Positions 37,068 to 46,794 of a DNA stretch of 64,000 bases are shown piece after piece (within the stretch, counting starts at the first letter, position 1; each line of letters starts with the position of its first letter). A program made the translations under genes and the position numbers. A model generated the notes under the pieces. It was given only the letters and a program-made list of their open reading frames with translations, did not search any database and was not told where the DNA came from. Origin of the DNA: Candidatus Buchananbacteria bacterium (lineage in GTDB: Bacteria > Patescibacteriota > Patescibacteriia > Buchananbacterales > UBA6539); assembly GCA_013359225.1 (NCBI GenBank), contig JABWCG010000001.1:360021-424020 (forward strand). The letters are read 5' to 3'.

Positions 37068-37589
37068 CTAGGACTGAAAAAATAAAACATTGCGCAACCG
37101 CCCAGTAGAAAAATTAAAAGTAAAAAAGATAATGCCTAAAATAAGGACGTTCAAGATTGGCTGCCAAAAGAATGTTGAAACAAAATCAAAATTAAACAAA
37201 TATACCGCGTTGAAAGCCACAACGCCGACAAGACTGAATAAAAAAATTAACAAATTATAGATAACCGATACCACAAATCCCAACAAGATCAGGGAATAAA
37301 GAGAACGGTTCGTAAAAAAATTACTAAATAAAAAATTAATTGCAATAACTGAAAAAATGAGGCTTAAGCTAGTTACCCCGAATGGTAGCGCCGTATATAA
37401 TTCAAAGAAAAGTCCGGAAACAAATGCCCAGATCAATGCTTGGCGGTACGAAACAATTACTGCCAAAAAAGTAATTAAGCTTAACATTAGGTTAAGACTG
37501 CTGATTGGTCGCGGCCAAGTCGTCAAAAAACTTACCTGTACCATGCCAACCAAAATTACCACGAATATATTAATCAGTATTCGGTTCAT
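37068..37589 (-). CDS. mreD: rod shape-determining protein MreD
   Basis: A 173-aa polytopic membrane protein between mreC and mrdA. Assigned by position and hydropathy. Confidence 0.55.
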   Translation of the reverse strand: MNRILINIFVVILVGMVQVSFLTTWPRPISSLNLMLSLITFLAVIVSYRQALIWAFVSGLFFELYTALPFGVTSLSLIFSVIAINFLFSNFFTNRSLYSLILLGFVVSVIYNLLIFLFSLVGVVAFNAVYLFNFDFVSTFFWQPILNVLILGIIFFTFNFSTGRLRNVLFFQS

Positions 37590-38397
37590 CGGTACGATTA
37601 ATTAACACTGAAACGATGGTTATATTATCAATCCTGACGAATGGCTGGATATACGCCGTTTGAAAGAGGCCATTTGGTTCTGATTCGATTCGACTTATTT
37701 TACCAATTACCAACCCCCTGGTAATGCCCGGCTCTAAACCGGATGTTACCACCAAATCTCCTTGCACCACACTCTCATTTTGCGGTATAAGTTCCATTCG
37801 TAAGCTCAAACCATGTTCGCCAACCACCACTCCCTGCGAAGCGGTTTGATTTTGAATCACTGCCGCAATTCGACTACGGGAATCATTAATCAAAATAGCC
37901 TGCGAACTATTATCAGTAACGCTAAAAATTTTTCCGACTAAAATACCCTGACCGGTAATTAGCGGCGCATCGAGGCGAATTCCGTCTTTGGCGCCTTTAT
38001 TGAGGACAATGGACTGAAAATTAGCCTCGGGGTTTTTCCCGATTACCCGGGCCGTTACTGATTCAAGACCAAGATAATCAATAAAAGTCCTTTGTTCTGC
38101 CAGTTCCTGGCTTTCTTGGATTAAAACTTTTAACTGAGCATTCTCTGTTGCGAGCGATGCAACCTCTTGTTTTAATTTCTCATTGTCTTTTACCAAAGTA
38201 TCACGCGAGGTTAACCCGGAATAAATATTATTAAAACCGGAACCGAAAGAATAGATTCGGTGTTGAATCGGCGAAAAGACTCTGAAAAATACATTTTCAA
38301 AAAAACCTAAGACACCAAGATAATGCAAAAAAATTAGCAGTACAATAACTACTAATAAAATGAAAGATAATGGTTTGGTTCTAAGAAATCTAAACAT
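37570..38397 (-). CDS. mreC: rod shape-determining protein MreC
   Basis: An N-terminal TM segment, a coiled-coil and a beta-rich C-terminal domain (GDLVVTSGL...GLVIGKI). Confidence 0.8.
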   Translation of the reverse strand: MFRFLRTKPLSFILLVVIVLLIFLHYLGVLGFFENVFFRVFSPIQHRIYSFGSGFNNIYSGLTSRDTLVKDNEKLKQEVASLATENAQLKVLIQESQELAEQRTFIDYLGLESVTARVIGKNPEANFQSIVLNKGAKDGIRLDAPLITGQGILVGKIFSVTDNSSQAILINDSRSRIAAVIQNQTASQGVVVGEHGLSLRMELIPQNESVVQGDLVVTSGLEPGITRGLVIGKISRIESEPNGLFQTAYIQPFVRIDNITIVSVLINRTDEPNTD

Positions 38398-38403
38398 ACA
38401 CGA

Positions 38404-39462
38404 TTACCGTGAGGCTTTTTCTTCACGAGTTGAAGAAGGAATCGCCACTTCCCGCAACAAATTATCATCTTCAAGAATTAAGCCCATTCCGCGAACAGCA
38501 CAAGTCAAAGGGTCTTCAATCACTTTGACTGGAATTTTAGTAGCCTGGGAAATAATCCGTTCTAGTCCCGCCAGTAATGCGCCACCGCCTGCCAACACAA
38601 TGCCGCGCTGGTAAATATCGGCGACCAATTCCGGCGGAGTAATTTCAATGGTACTTTTAATACCGTCAATAATTAAGGCTACTGACCGCTGTAGTGCGAA
38701 TTTAATTTGATCCGCCGAAACGGTTATCTCTTTAGGTAGTCCGGTGATTAAATCTCGGCCTCTCATTTTAAGCTCAATCGTTTCATCAGTATCAATAATT
38801 TTTCCGGCCCGATTCTTGGCATCTTCAGCCACTCGTTCACCAATCAATAGATTAAATTCTTGGCGAGCAAAATTGATAATATCCTGATTCAAACGAGCAC
38901 CAGCAGTTCGTAAAGATTTCCAAGCAACAACCCCGGATAATGAAATAACGGCAATTTCCGTTACGCCGCCGCCCAAGTCCACCACCATATTGCCGGAAGG
39001 ATCTTGAATCGGTAGTCGGGCGCCAACAGCTGTAGCAATGACATTTTCAACCAGGTAAACTTCCCGCGCGCCGGCAGACAAGACCACATCTTCAACTGCT
39101 TTTTTTTCAACTTCAGTAACATCAAGCGGCACGCCAATAACAACTCGCGGTCGCGGCGCCAAACCAAACCGTTCTTGATAAATCCGATCAATAAAATATT
39201 TCAACATTTTTTCCGTTACTTCAAAATCGGAAATAATACCGTCAACCAACGGTCGGGAAATGGTGATATGAGGTGGCGTTCGGCCCAACATTTTTTGAGC
39301 CTCTTCCCCTACTGCCAAAATCTGATCATTCCGATTGTTGATGGCAACAATTGACGCTTCGTTCACCACAATTCCACGATCCTTAACGTAAATCAAAGTA
39401 TTGGCCGTACCTAAATCAATACCGACATCTCGTGAAAATTTTTTAAATAATTTATTAATCAT
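38404..39462 (-). CDS. mreB: rod shape-determining protein MreB
   Basis: Actin-fold motifs DLGTANTLIYV, DLGGGVTEIAV, LAGGGALL. The start is set at MINKLF (ATG 39462) rather than the upstream in-frame Met. Confidence 0.85.
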   Translation of the reverse strand: MINKLFKKFSRDVGIDLGTANTLIYVKDRGIVVNEASIVAINNRNDQILAVGEEAQKMLGRTPPHITISRPLVDGIISDFEVTEKMLKYFIDRIYQERFGLAPRPRVVIGVPLDVTEVEKKAVEDVVLSAGAREVYLVENVIATAVGARLPIQDPSGNMVVDLGGGVTEIAVISLSGVVAWKSLRTAGARLNQDIINFARQEFNLLIGERVAEDAKNRAGKIIDTDETIELKMRGRDLITGLPKEITVSADQIKFALQRSVALIIDGIKSTIEITPPELVADIYQRGIVLAGGGALLAGLERIISQATKIPVKVIEDPLTCAVRGMGLILEDDNLLREVAIPSSTREEKASR

Positions 39463-39547
39463 AATTAGGTGTAGATGACATAAAACCGGCTCATCAAACC
39501 GCAACGTGTGCCGGTGGATTTTTACGGTTTTTGTTTTTTTACTGCCC

Positions 39548-40789
39548 CTACTCTAAAATCTTAATCAAGGCTGGCAAATCAACTATCTGGCTCTGCGTTT
39601 CTGATCGTTTTTTGACTTCAATTTTATTTTTCGTTTTATTAGAAACCACTAGTCGGTATGGCACTCCGATCAAATCGGAATCGGCAAACTTTTGCCCGGC
39701 AGTCACTTCGGCCCGGTCATCAAACAATACCTCAACGCCACGATCCAATAACTGTTTATATACCGCTTCGGCGGCGGCCATTACTTCGGCGTCTTCCCCT
39801 AATCTGATCAAATGAGCTTTAAACGGAGCTACATTTCCCGGCCACACAATGCCTTTATCGTCATTATATACTTCAACGATCGAACCCATGACCCGGCTCG
39901 GACCAATACCATAGCAGCCCATTATAACCGGACGCTTTTTACCGGTTTCGTCGACATACTCTAATTTAAACGGTTCTGAATATTTGGTCTTGAGTTGAAA
40001 AATATTTCCGACTTCAATCGCTTTTCCTTCTTGAATTTTTCCTGTCGCACACTTAGGACAAACGTTTCCTTGAGCTACTTCAGCAACTTCTTTATTTTGG
40101 CAATAGCGGCACTGGTTGCAATAATAAACCGTATCTTCGCCATATGGAGTTAAAACCTGAAACTCGTGGGAATATTTTGAAAAACTGCCTCCCGAAGCCT
40201 CCGTAACCAGCGCATCTAGCCCGCAGCGGCTAAACACCCGCTGATAGGCCGCTAACGCTTTTTCATAGTAGGCAACCAAATCGGCTTCGTCTTTATGAAA
40301 ACTATACAAATCTTTCATTGAAAACTCAATGCCGCGCATCAGACCCGATTTTGCCCGCGGTTCATTACGAAATTTATCCTGAATTTGATACAAATATAAT
40401 GGTAAATCTTTATACGAATTGACAAACTTTTTAACTAGCGGCGTGACTACCTCTTCATGAGTCCAGCCTAAACCGAATTCTTTCTTGCCACGCCCCTCAA
40501 ATTGAAACATCACCTCAGTGCCAGGATCCGTCCAACGACCGGTCTTTTCCCAAACTTCTTTAGGGTGAAGTGCCGGCATTAAAATTTCTTGTCCATCAAT
40601 ACCATCCATTTCTTCGCGAACAATTTTTTTAATTTTGTCCAGCACCCGCAACCCCAGCGGCAAATAAGTATACACTCCAGCCGTTAACTTATCAATAAAG
40701 CCGGCGCGGGTAAGCAATGTCGCATTAAGACTCACTTCGTCTTTTGGGGTTTCTTTTCTTGTTTTTCCAAATAGTTTAGATTGTCTCAT
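39548..40789 (-). CDS. proS: prolyl-tRNA synthetase (short form without editing insertion)
   Basis: Class-II core plus a C-terminal zinc-binding Cys cluster (YYCNQCRYCQN...CPKC). Its 413-aa length fits the archaeal/eukaryote-like ProRS type. Confidence 0.85.
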   Translation of the reverse strand: MRQSKLFGKTRKETPKDEVSLNATLLTRAGFIDKLTAGVYTYLPLGLRVLDKIKKIVREEMDGIDGQEILMPALHPKEVWEKTGRWTDPGTEVMFQFEGRGKKEFGLGWTHEEVVTPLVKKFVNSYKDLPLYLYQIQDKFRNEPRAKSGLMRGIEFSMKDLYSFHKDEADLVAYYEKALAAYQRVFSRCGLDALVTEASGGSFSKYSHEFQVLTPYGEDTVYYCNQCRYCQNKEVAEVAQGNVCPKCATGKIQEGKAIEVGNIFQLKTKYSEPFKLEYVDETGKKRPVIMGCYGIGPSRVMGSIVEVYNDDKGIVWPGNVAPFKAHLIRLGEDAEVMAAAEAVYKQLLDRGVEVLFDDRAEVTAGQKFADSDLIGVPYRLVVSNKTKNKIEVKKRSETQSQIVDLPALIKILE

Positions 40790-40795
40790 GATAGT

Positions 40796-41164
40796 TTATT
40801 TACCAAATAATTTTGTCAGCCAACTTTTTGGTTTTTCCGCAACCTGCGCCCGATTATCAAGTTGATTTTTCATTAATCCCTCTAACCGATTTGCTTCTTT
40901 TTCAACCACCTCGCCGTCATATTCTCCGTTATGAGCCGACGACCCCGCATAAGAAGGTTTCTTTTGATCCAAGTGAAGATTAATATACGTCTTTAAATCA
41001 GAATCTTCATTTAGATAAGCGTGAAACCGGGGGTAAAAATCTCTGCTGAATCGCTTAGTGTAACTGGTAATACCGGTGTTTGGATCATTAAACTCCGCAT
41101 ACCCCGAGCGGCGCATAAAATTTCTGGGCGACTCCGGAAAGTTAAACGGGAAATATATCTTCAT
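40796..41164 (-). CDS. hypothetical protein (122 aa)
   Basis: An ORF in operon context between rseP and proS. No motif recognised. Confidence 0.4.
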   Translation of the reverse strand: MKIYFPFNFPESPRNFMRRSGYAEFNDPNTGITSYTKRFSRDFYPRFHAYLNEDSDLKTYINLHLDQKKPSYAGSSAHNGEYDGEVVEKEANRLEGLMKNQLDNRAQVAEKPKSWLTKLFGK

Positions 41165-41167
41165 ATC

Positions 41168-42337
41168 CTAGAACATTCCGCCTAAACTGTTCCACCAGTT
41201 CAAAAATCCCGCCGACACTCTGGCAATATCACGAAAAGTCACAATTACCACCAAAATCATCAACAAAGCAAAACCAATATTGTGCATCAATGCCTCCAAT
41301 TTTGGATTAACCGGCTTTTTACGAACAGCTTCAAGTAGCAAAAAAGCAACTCGACCGCCATCAAGCGCCGGAAACGGCAGAAAGTTAATTACTGCAATAA
41401 TAACTGACAAAGCTGCAGTAAACTGCATTAAGTACAAGAAACCAAGCCGTGCAGCGTCACCAACTAATCCGGCGATACCGACCGGACCATAGACATCACC
41501 GATCAACTCTTGCGATACTACCAGACTCTTAATGATCAAGAAAAAACCAAAGATAACACCACCAATCATTTTTAAGGTTTCCCAAACACCAAAAACCGGC
41601 GCCAAATACCACGGATACGAAACCAGACCGGTTTCTAACAATGCAACACCCATCCCAGCACGTTGAGTTTCAGCTAAAATTTGAGGAACCACTTGCTTTT
41701 CCAAAACTTCGGACTTGCGTTCAATTTTCAAATTGACTGTCTGACCAACTTTCTGATCAAAATATTCCTGAAATTCTGCGATTTTGGTAAATGTCTGGTC
41801 ATCAACTGCTAAAATTGTATCAGCTACTTCAATCCCCGACTGAGCCGCTGGGGAACCTTCAAGCACCTGAAAAATTTTGATTTCAACGTTACTTACTTTG
41901 GCAAATCCAGAAAGCTTACCATCGTCAATAACCTGCGGCGACCCGATTGCCAAACTAATACTCAAGATCACAGCCGCTAAAATGACATTCATCGTCACCC
42001 CGGCAGAAAGCACCATAATTCGCTGCCAAATACTCTTACTACCAAAACTATCCGGCTCAACTACTTCGCTACCATCTTCGCCTTTAATTTTGACAAAGCC
42101 ACCTAGCGGGATCCAGTTCAACGACCAAATTGTCCCCGGGGCTTCTTTGGCTCGCAAACCAACGGCGCGCCAGTTACCTTCAGCTGATTTATAAAACCCA
42201 AACATTCTTGGGGGCAACCCAAGTCCGAACTCTTCAACTTTGATTCCGGCTCGTCGAGCAGTAATAAAATGTCCGAGCTCATGGACTAAAACCAAAATCC
42301 CTAAAACCGCAAAAAAAGCTATAAGTGTTATAAGCAT
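41168..42337 (-). CDS. rseP: RIP zinc metalloprotease RseP (site-2 protease)
   Basis: HELGHF zinc motif, a PDZ domain, and the LDG motif (FLPFPALDGGR). Confidence 0.85.
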   Translation of the reverse strand: MLITLIAFFAVLGILVLVHELGHFITARRAGIKVEEFGLGLPPRMFGFYKSAEGNWRAVGLRAKEAPGTIWSLNWIPLGGFVKIKGEDGSEVVEPDSFGSKSIWQRIMVLSAGVTMNVILAAVILSISLAIGSPQVIDDGKLSGFAKVSNVEIKIFQVLEGSPAAQSGIEVADTILAVDDQTFTKIAEFQEYFDQKVGQTVNLKIERKSEVLEKQVVPQILAETQRAGMGVALLETGLVSYPWYLAPVFGVWETLKMIGGVIFGFFLIIKSLVVSQELIGDVYGPVGIAGLVGDAARLGFLYLMQFTAALSVIIAVINFLPFPALDGGRVAFLLLEAVRKKPVNPKLEALMHNIGFALLMILVVIVTFRDIARVSAGFLNWWNSLGGMF

Positions 42338-42343
42338 AAAAGT

Positions 42344-42922
42344 TTAAATCGTCATTATTTCTTTTTCTTTTTTTTCTCCGACCAATTTTATTTTTTCGTT
42401 ATACTCCTTAACTAGATCATCAAGCTTCTTTTGTAAGGCATACTTATCATCCTCGGTAATTTCTTTGTTCTTTTCCTGCTTGGCAATATCATCACGAACC
42501 TTATCGCGGATCTGACGGATAGCGATCTTAGCTTTTTCCATTTTTTCACCAACCGCTTTCACCAACTCCTTGCGGCTTTCTTCAGTCAACGGCGGAACGC
42601 TTAAACGAATCTGAGCGCCCTCATTAACCGGGTTAATACCAATATTCGCCAGCACAATTCCCTTTTCAATGTCTTTTGAAATAGTTTTGTCCCAGGGCTG
42701 AATTAAAATAGTCCGGGCCTCTGGCACTGAAATTGAGGCAAGCTGTTTAAGCGGCGTTTTGGCGCCATAGGCTTCAATCAATATGTTCTCAACAATCATC
42801 GGATTAGCTCGACCGACACGCATGGTTGCCAAATCATTATTCAAATTCTCTAATGATTTATCAAGTTCTTTTTTATGAATATCTAATAGTGGTTCCATAA
42901 TTTTATCTTTTGGGATTAGCAA
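42344..42922 (-). CDS. frr: ribosome recycling factor
   Basis: An Frr-like three-helix bundle with conserved residues (GRANPMIVENI ... IRDKVRDD). The true start may instead be the Met of MEPLLD, which would end the CDS at 42898. Confidence 0.9.
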   Translation of the reverse strand: MLIPKDKIMEPLLDIHKKELDKSLENLNNDLATMRVGRANPMIVENILIEAYGAKTPLKQLASISVPEARTILIQPWDKTISKDIEKGIVLANIGINPVNEGAQIRLSVPPLTEESRKELVKAVGEKMEKAKIAIRQIRDKVRDDIAKQEKNKEITEDDKYALQKKLDDLVKEYNEKIKLVGEKKEKEIMTI

Positions 42923-43952
42923 AACTTAAATAAATAACATTTGGATCAACCGGATCAATTTTTAATTCACTTGCCACTGCCGATGAAGGTAGGCGCCGCG
43001 TAATCCAGTTCTGTCCGCCATCGGTAGTTTTATAAAATGTAGAAGCGGTTGCATAATAGATTTCCTGGTTATTTTGCGATCCAATGGCGACAGCAAAAAT
43101 ATCAGTTGTCGCCGGCGGAGTAATTAATGTGATAGGCTGCCAGGATCCACCGCCGTCCTCAGTCTTTAACAAACCATATTTAGCAACCAATAGTAACGAA
43201 TTAGCCTTGGTCGGATCAAAAATTAAATCTCGGTATTCAAATGATCCGGAATACTGTTTTAGCCCTTCGTTTATCTCCAACCAATCAGAACCACTACTAA
43301 TTGTCTTAAAAATTCCCTTACCCTGAGTTGCCGCATATGCAACCCGTGAATCGTTAGGATCTATCAGAATTTTACGAATCGGGCTGTTTAATCGTCCAAT
43401 CACCCGCCAGTTACCACCACCATCAACACTCTTTAAAATATCACCTGCCGAATTACCAGCATAAACTACTAAGTTATCAAACCAATCTACCGCCAACGCC
43501 GTCAACGACTTATCAGTTCTGGTATCAATATAAACTTCTGACCAAGTACGACTGCAATCAGTGGTCTTTAAAAGCGTATTGGCATATGTAGCGTAAATAA
43601 CGCACTTATTTTTAGGATCAATTGCCACCGACTCAATTTTGCCATTCCCGATCTGATTAACTTTCATCCAGCTTTCACCGCCGTCATATGTATAAAACAA
43701 ACCGTCGGCTTCAGTGGTCATATAAATTGCGCCTCGGTCCTGAGGATCAAATGTCAAATCAATGACATTAACTCCCGCAATGTTACCGACACCCCCGGAA
43801 TATAGAAACAAATTTTTCTCTGTCCAGTCGTCACCCTTGTTAAAAGATTTAAAAACGCCGGCCACGCCTTGCGGTGCCGTATTACCAAATTTAATAACAC
43901 AACCACTGACAAAAACTGACACTAATAACAGAGAACATAAAATTTTTTTCAT
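42903..43952 (-). CDS. BNR/Asp-box repeat lipoprotein (beta-propeller, Ycf48/sialidase-like)
   Basis: A lipoprotein signal peptide (LLLVSVFVSGC) and at least five S/TxDxGxxW Asp-box repeats (TYDGGESW, SVDGGGNW, TEDGGGSW, TTDGGQNW, ISSGSDW). Confidence 0.65.
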   Translation of the reverse strand: MKKILCSLLLVSVFVSGCVIKFGNTAPQGVAGVFKSFNKGDDWTEKNLFLYSGGVGNIAGVNVIDLTFDPQDRGAIYMTTEADGLFYTYDGGESWMKVNQIGNGKIESVAIDPKNKCVIYATYANTLLKTTDCSRTWSEVYIDTRTDKSLTALAVDWFDNLVVYAGNSAGDILKSVDGGGNWRVIGRLNSPIRKILIDPNDSRVAYAATQGKGIFKTISSGSDWLEINEGLKQYSGSFEYRDLIFDPTKANSLLLVAKYGLLKTEDGGGSWQPITLITPPATTDIFAVAIGSQNNQEIYYATASTFYKTTDGGQNWITRRLPSSAVASELKIDPVDPNVIYLSFANPKR

Positions 43953-43963
43953 AAAGTTTTAAA

Positions 43964-44989
43964 TTAAAATTTTAAAACTAGATTTTCTAAAGTTAATTTG
44001 GGGCCAACATTGCTGTCCAAATATCTTTTTGCTAAATCAATTTCATTAATCATTGCAGTAATATCACCGGCTTCAAAGCGAGCGGCTAGACGCTCCAGAT
44101 CATTTGCTACCAAACCATTACTGATCAAATTAGGCACACTATTTTTTATTAACAGCACATCACGCAAAATTTTGCGCCAGGTTAATAACACTTCTTTTGT
44201 TTCATCAACGTCATTGCTGACCAGTTCACTAATAAACTTAAACCGACTTGAAATGTCTTGATTTATAAGGGCGAGAAACATCCGAACCGTTTCCTGAAAA
44301 TCAAGGTAGCCATCATGGTCTTCATAATACCGCAAAGCAAGGCCCGGCAGACCAAAAGATACTGCTGTTAATGTTTTAGCTTTCTTGCGTTCAACTTTTA
44401 TAGAAGTCAGATAATCAATAATTTCTTTGTCGGAAACTGGACGAAATTTAATGACCTGACAGCGGGAAACAATCGTTTTTGGCAATCGGCTTGACGTATT
44501 ACTCAAAAGAATCAAAACTGTTTTTGCCGAAGGCTCTTCCAAGCCTTTCAATAAAGCATTTGCCGCTTCGAGGCTTAATGTCTGAGCATCACTGATAACG
44601 GCAACTTTATAAGAGTTTAAAAAGGATCGCAAATTCAATTTTGACTGTAGTTCCCTGATCTGTTCAATACTGATATTCTTTTTTAACTTGCCGGTTTTTT
44701 CGTTTATTTCTCGTTTAAGCCAATAAATGTCGGGATGAATTTCCTGAATCGCCTGCCGGCACCCCGGACACTCGCCGCACGGCAAACTGCCTTTATGCTG
44801 ATCAAAATTATGGCAGACCAAGGCGTGAGTAAACAATTTTGCAACTGTTGCCTTACCAAGATGATCCGGTCCCACAAATAAATACGCGTGGGCTAAATTC
44901 TTATTGGCTAAACTATTTTGTAGATAAGTAACAATATTAGAGTGGCCGATTATAGGCCACCTTAGATGATTACTTGCCTCTTTTGACAT
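43964..44989 (-). CDS. holB: DNA polymerase III subunit delta'
   Basis: AAA+ clamp-loader Walker A-like motif (GPDHLGKAT), the zinc module CGECPGCRQ, and an SRC-like SRCQ motif. Confidence 0.75.
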   Translation of the reverse strand: MSKEASNHLRWPIIGHSNIVTYLQNSLANKNLAHAYLFVGPDHLGKATVAKLFTHALVCHNFDQHKGSLPCGECPGCRQAIQEIHPDIYWLKREINEKTGKLKKNISIEQIRELQSKLNLRSFLNSYKVAVISDAQTLSLEAANALLKGLEEPSAKTVLILLSNTSSRLPKTIVSRCQVIKFRPVSDKEIIDYLTSIKVERKKAKTLTAVSFGLPGLALRYYEDHDGYLDFQETVRMFLALINQDISSRFKFISELVSNDVDETKEVLLTWRKILRDVLLIKNSVPNLISNGLVANDLERLAARFEAGDITAMINEIDLAKRYLDSNVGPKLTLENLVLKF

Positions 44990-45091
44990 GGTTACATTTT
45001 AACACAAAATTAGCTTTTGGCAAGTATTAATTAGACCACAAAATAGCAAAAATAAAAAGGATTAAATTTGCCTAAATTTTTAATCCTATAT

Positions 45092-46105
45092 TTAGTCCTG
45101 CCAAAGCTTTTTTGCCTCATTCCAAATCTCCGGCCGACCCTGCTGTTTTGCCCAGTACCAGTATTCAACACCCCAAAGATACACTTCATTAAACCCTGCC
45201 TGCCGGACATATGAAATATTGTTTTTAAAACGATTCAAATCAAACGACCGAGCCTGCTGTGCCTCAGTCAACTCAATCATCCTTTTGTCAAGCGTCCACG
45301 GCTCCATTTGTAATTCTGTGACCAAAACTCCTTTTAAATTGCCGTTCAAAAATCCGGTGATGTCTGCCTTAAAGCGATATGCTGCCGGCGGCACGAAAAA
45401 ATAATCCCAAAAACCCAAATATTTATTCCAAACGATGCGATACAACGTAATACCAAGTTTGTCCGCCAGACCAGCCGCTGTTTGCCAGTGGTTGAGCTCA
45501 CCACTATCAGTAATAATAATGTCGCGGCTATCAAGCGCCCGAACAGCATCAACTTCCTGCCGCAAAAACTGCTTATCCGGTTTCGGACACTTCCCAAACC
45601 AGGAGAATAAAGGTTCGTTTTCTATCTGCCAGCTTTTAACTACCTGACGATCACGATACCGATTAATTGTCTCCTTAACAAATTCCAATTGATGCTGCTG
45701 GACTGCCAGCTTCGCTAAATCATTGATCCAGGCCGGATCATGACACTCCGGCCAGCGCGGTGCGCGACGGCCAACTGTCAGTATAACCTCAACATCGCGC
45801 CGCTCGGCCTCGGCTAATTGCCAATCAAGCTTCGAAAAATCAAATTGATCCTGAATTGCCTCAATGTCGTCCCAATAGGCAATTAATCGAATTTTATCGA
45901 CCCCTAAATCGTCTAAGATTGCCAAATAGCTTTCTTGCCAGTTTAATTCTAAATCACTAGCATATTTATCGCTGAATGTAACCCCAAAATTCACTTCCTG
46001 CTGTCCAAAATCAAGACTAAATAAAAAAAGCCAGCCAATGGCCAAAATTGCCGCAACTGTCAAAAAAATAACCAATCTTTTAACGATTTTATAAGATTTA
46101 TACAT
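45092..46105 (-). CDS. GH5-like (clan GH-A) glycoside hydrolase, membrane-anchored/secreted
   Basis: An N-terminal TM/signal segment. The WQIENEP motif matches the GH-A acid/base NEP signature and VLVTELQ is a candidate nucleophile region. GC content is visibly higher than in neighbouring genes. Confidence 0.55.
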   Translation of the reverse strand: MYKSYKIVKRLVIFLTVAAILAIGWLFLFSLDFGQQEVNFGVTFSDKYASDLELNWQESYLAILDDLGVDKIRLIAYWDDIEAIQDQFDFSKLDWQLAEAERRDVEVILTVGRRAPRWPECHDPAWINDLAKLAVQQHQLEFVKETINRYRDRQVVKSWQIENEPLFSWFGKCPKPDKQFLRQEVDAVRALDSRDIIITDSGELNHWQTAAGLADKLGITLYRIVWNKYLGFWDYFFVPPAAYRFKADITGFLNGNLKGVLVTELQMEPWTLDKRMIELTEAQQARSFDLNRFKNNISYVRQAGFNEVYLWGVEYWYWAKQQGRPEIWNEAKKLWQD

Positions 46106-46133
46106 ATTTTAATTATAACAATTTAAAACAGCC

Positions 46134-46162
46134 TTGACAAAGAAACTAAAATCATTTATAGT
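46134..46162 (+). promoter_or_regulatory. near-consensus sigma-70 promoter (-35 TTGACA, 17 bp, -10 TATAGT)
   Basis: TTGACA at 46134-46139 and TATAGT at 46157-46162 with an exact 17-bp spacer. It drives the GC-rich small-ORF cassette. Confidence 0.65.
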
Positions 46163-46264
46163 GTTATACATAATTTCTCCTTTTTCCGGGGGATTTTATT
46201 GTTCATTCGGCGAGACCATCAGGTCTCATAACCCTCTAAAAGAAGAGGAAGTGGAGGCAGGACA

Positions 46265-46444
46265 TTGAAGCAGTGTTCCGACAAGCAGAATGATGGCGGT
46301 TTTCATGCCGGTGTGGGCGTACAACGTCACCTCATCGTCCCCGACGATGCTTCTGGCGATCAACGCGAAATGACCTCACAACAGGGTATGACCCTGAGTG
46401 AAGCATACCGCGCTGTTGCCCAGCACCTGGCATTTGCCCGTTAA
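46265..46444 (+). CDS. orphan small protein (59 aa) in GC-rich cassette
   Basis: TTG start 7 nt after GGAGG (46253-46257), stop TAA at 46442-46444. It translates to MKQCSDKQNDGGFHAGVGVQRHLIVPDDASGDQREMTSQQGMTLSEAYRAVAQHLAFAR. Its codon usage (CTG, GCG, CGC) is unlike the host genes. It is bracketed by a consensus promoter and a terminator. Confidence 0.35.
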   Translation: MKQCSDKQNDGGFHAGVGVQRHLIVPDDASGDQREMTSQQGMTLSEAYRAVAQHLAFAR

Positions 46445-46463
46445 TCCTGCTTAATCCGTCCCC

Positions 46464-46520
46464 GACGAGGCGCAACTCAACCCTACAAGGTTGTTTTGCT
46501 CCTCGTCTCTTTTTTTAAAT
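46464..46520 (+). terminator. compound stem-loop + T-run (GACGAGG ... CCTCGTC TCTTTTTTT)
   Basis: A 7-bp outer stem (46464-46470 / 46501-46507) enclosing an inner hairpin CAACC-ctacaa-GGTTG, followed by T7. A weaker opposite-strand hairpin (46526-46549) immediately follows. Confidence 0.55.
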
Positions 46521-46547
46521 AAAAAGACTCTCGTTAAAAAACGACAG

Positions 46548-46763
46548 TCAAAGGATATCGCTATCCCACGTATGCTTGCCGGCTTTAATTTCGGCAACAA
46601 TTGAATCCTCCTCAGCTCGTGATGAAGCATTCCACAACTTCATCAAAATCCGAAATGGCACTTTCTGCAGAAGCGCCCAAGAATACAAAAAGTCTTTTCG
46701 GCACGCATGCGCCAACTCTGGACGAAGATAGCCGTCCGATGACGGCTTGCCATTATCAGACAT
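46548..46763 (-). CDS. hypothetical small protein (71 aa) downstream of mreB paralog
   Basis: ATG 46763 with GGAGG 7 nt upstream on the minus strand, 31 nt after the stop of the preceding gene. It translates to MSDNGKPSSDGYLRPELAHACRKDFLYSWALLQKVPFRILMKLWNASSRAEEDSIVAEIKAGKHTWDSDIL. The track's longer 114-aa ORF extends antisense into the mreB paralog and is rejected. Confidence 0.4.
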   Translation of the reverse strand: MSDNGKPSSDGYLRPELAHACRKDFLYSWALLQKVPFRILMKLWNASSRAEEDSIVAEIKAGKHTWDSDIL

Positions 46764-46794
46764 ACCCCAACCTCCTGTCGGGTGGTGAAAGGAA

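Noticed and set aside
46163-46520. A roughly 350-nt GC-rich transcript considered as tmRNA, RNase P RNA, SRP RNA or 6S RNA
   Set aside because: It lacks the tRNA-like 3' end (GGTTCGA..CCA), the P4 GGAAAGTCCGG-type motif and the SRP GGAA tetraloop-helix 8 motif. It contains a well-formed SD plus a 59-aa ORF. The ncRNA reading is kept only as an alternative.
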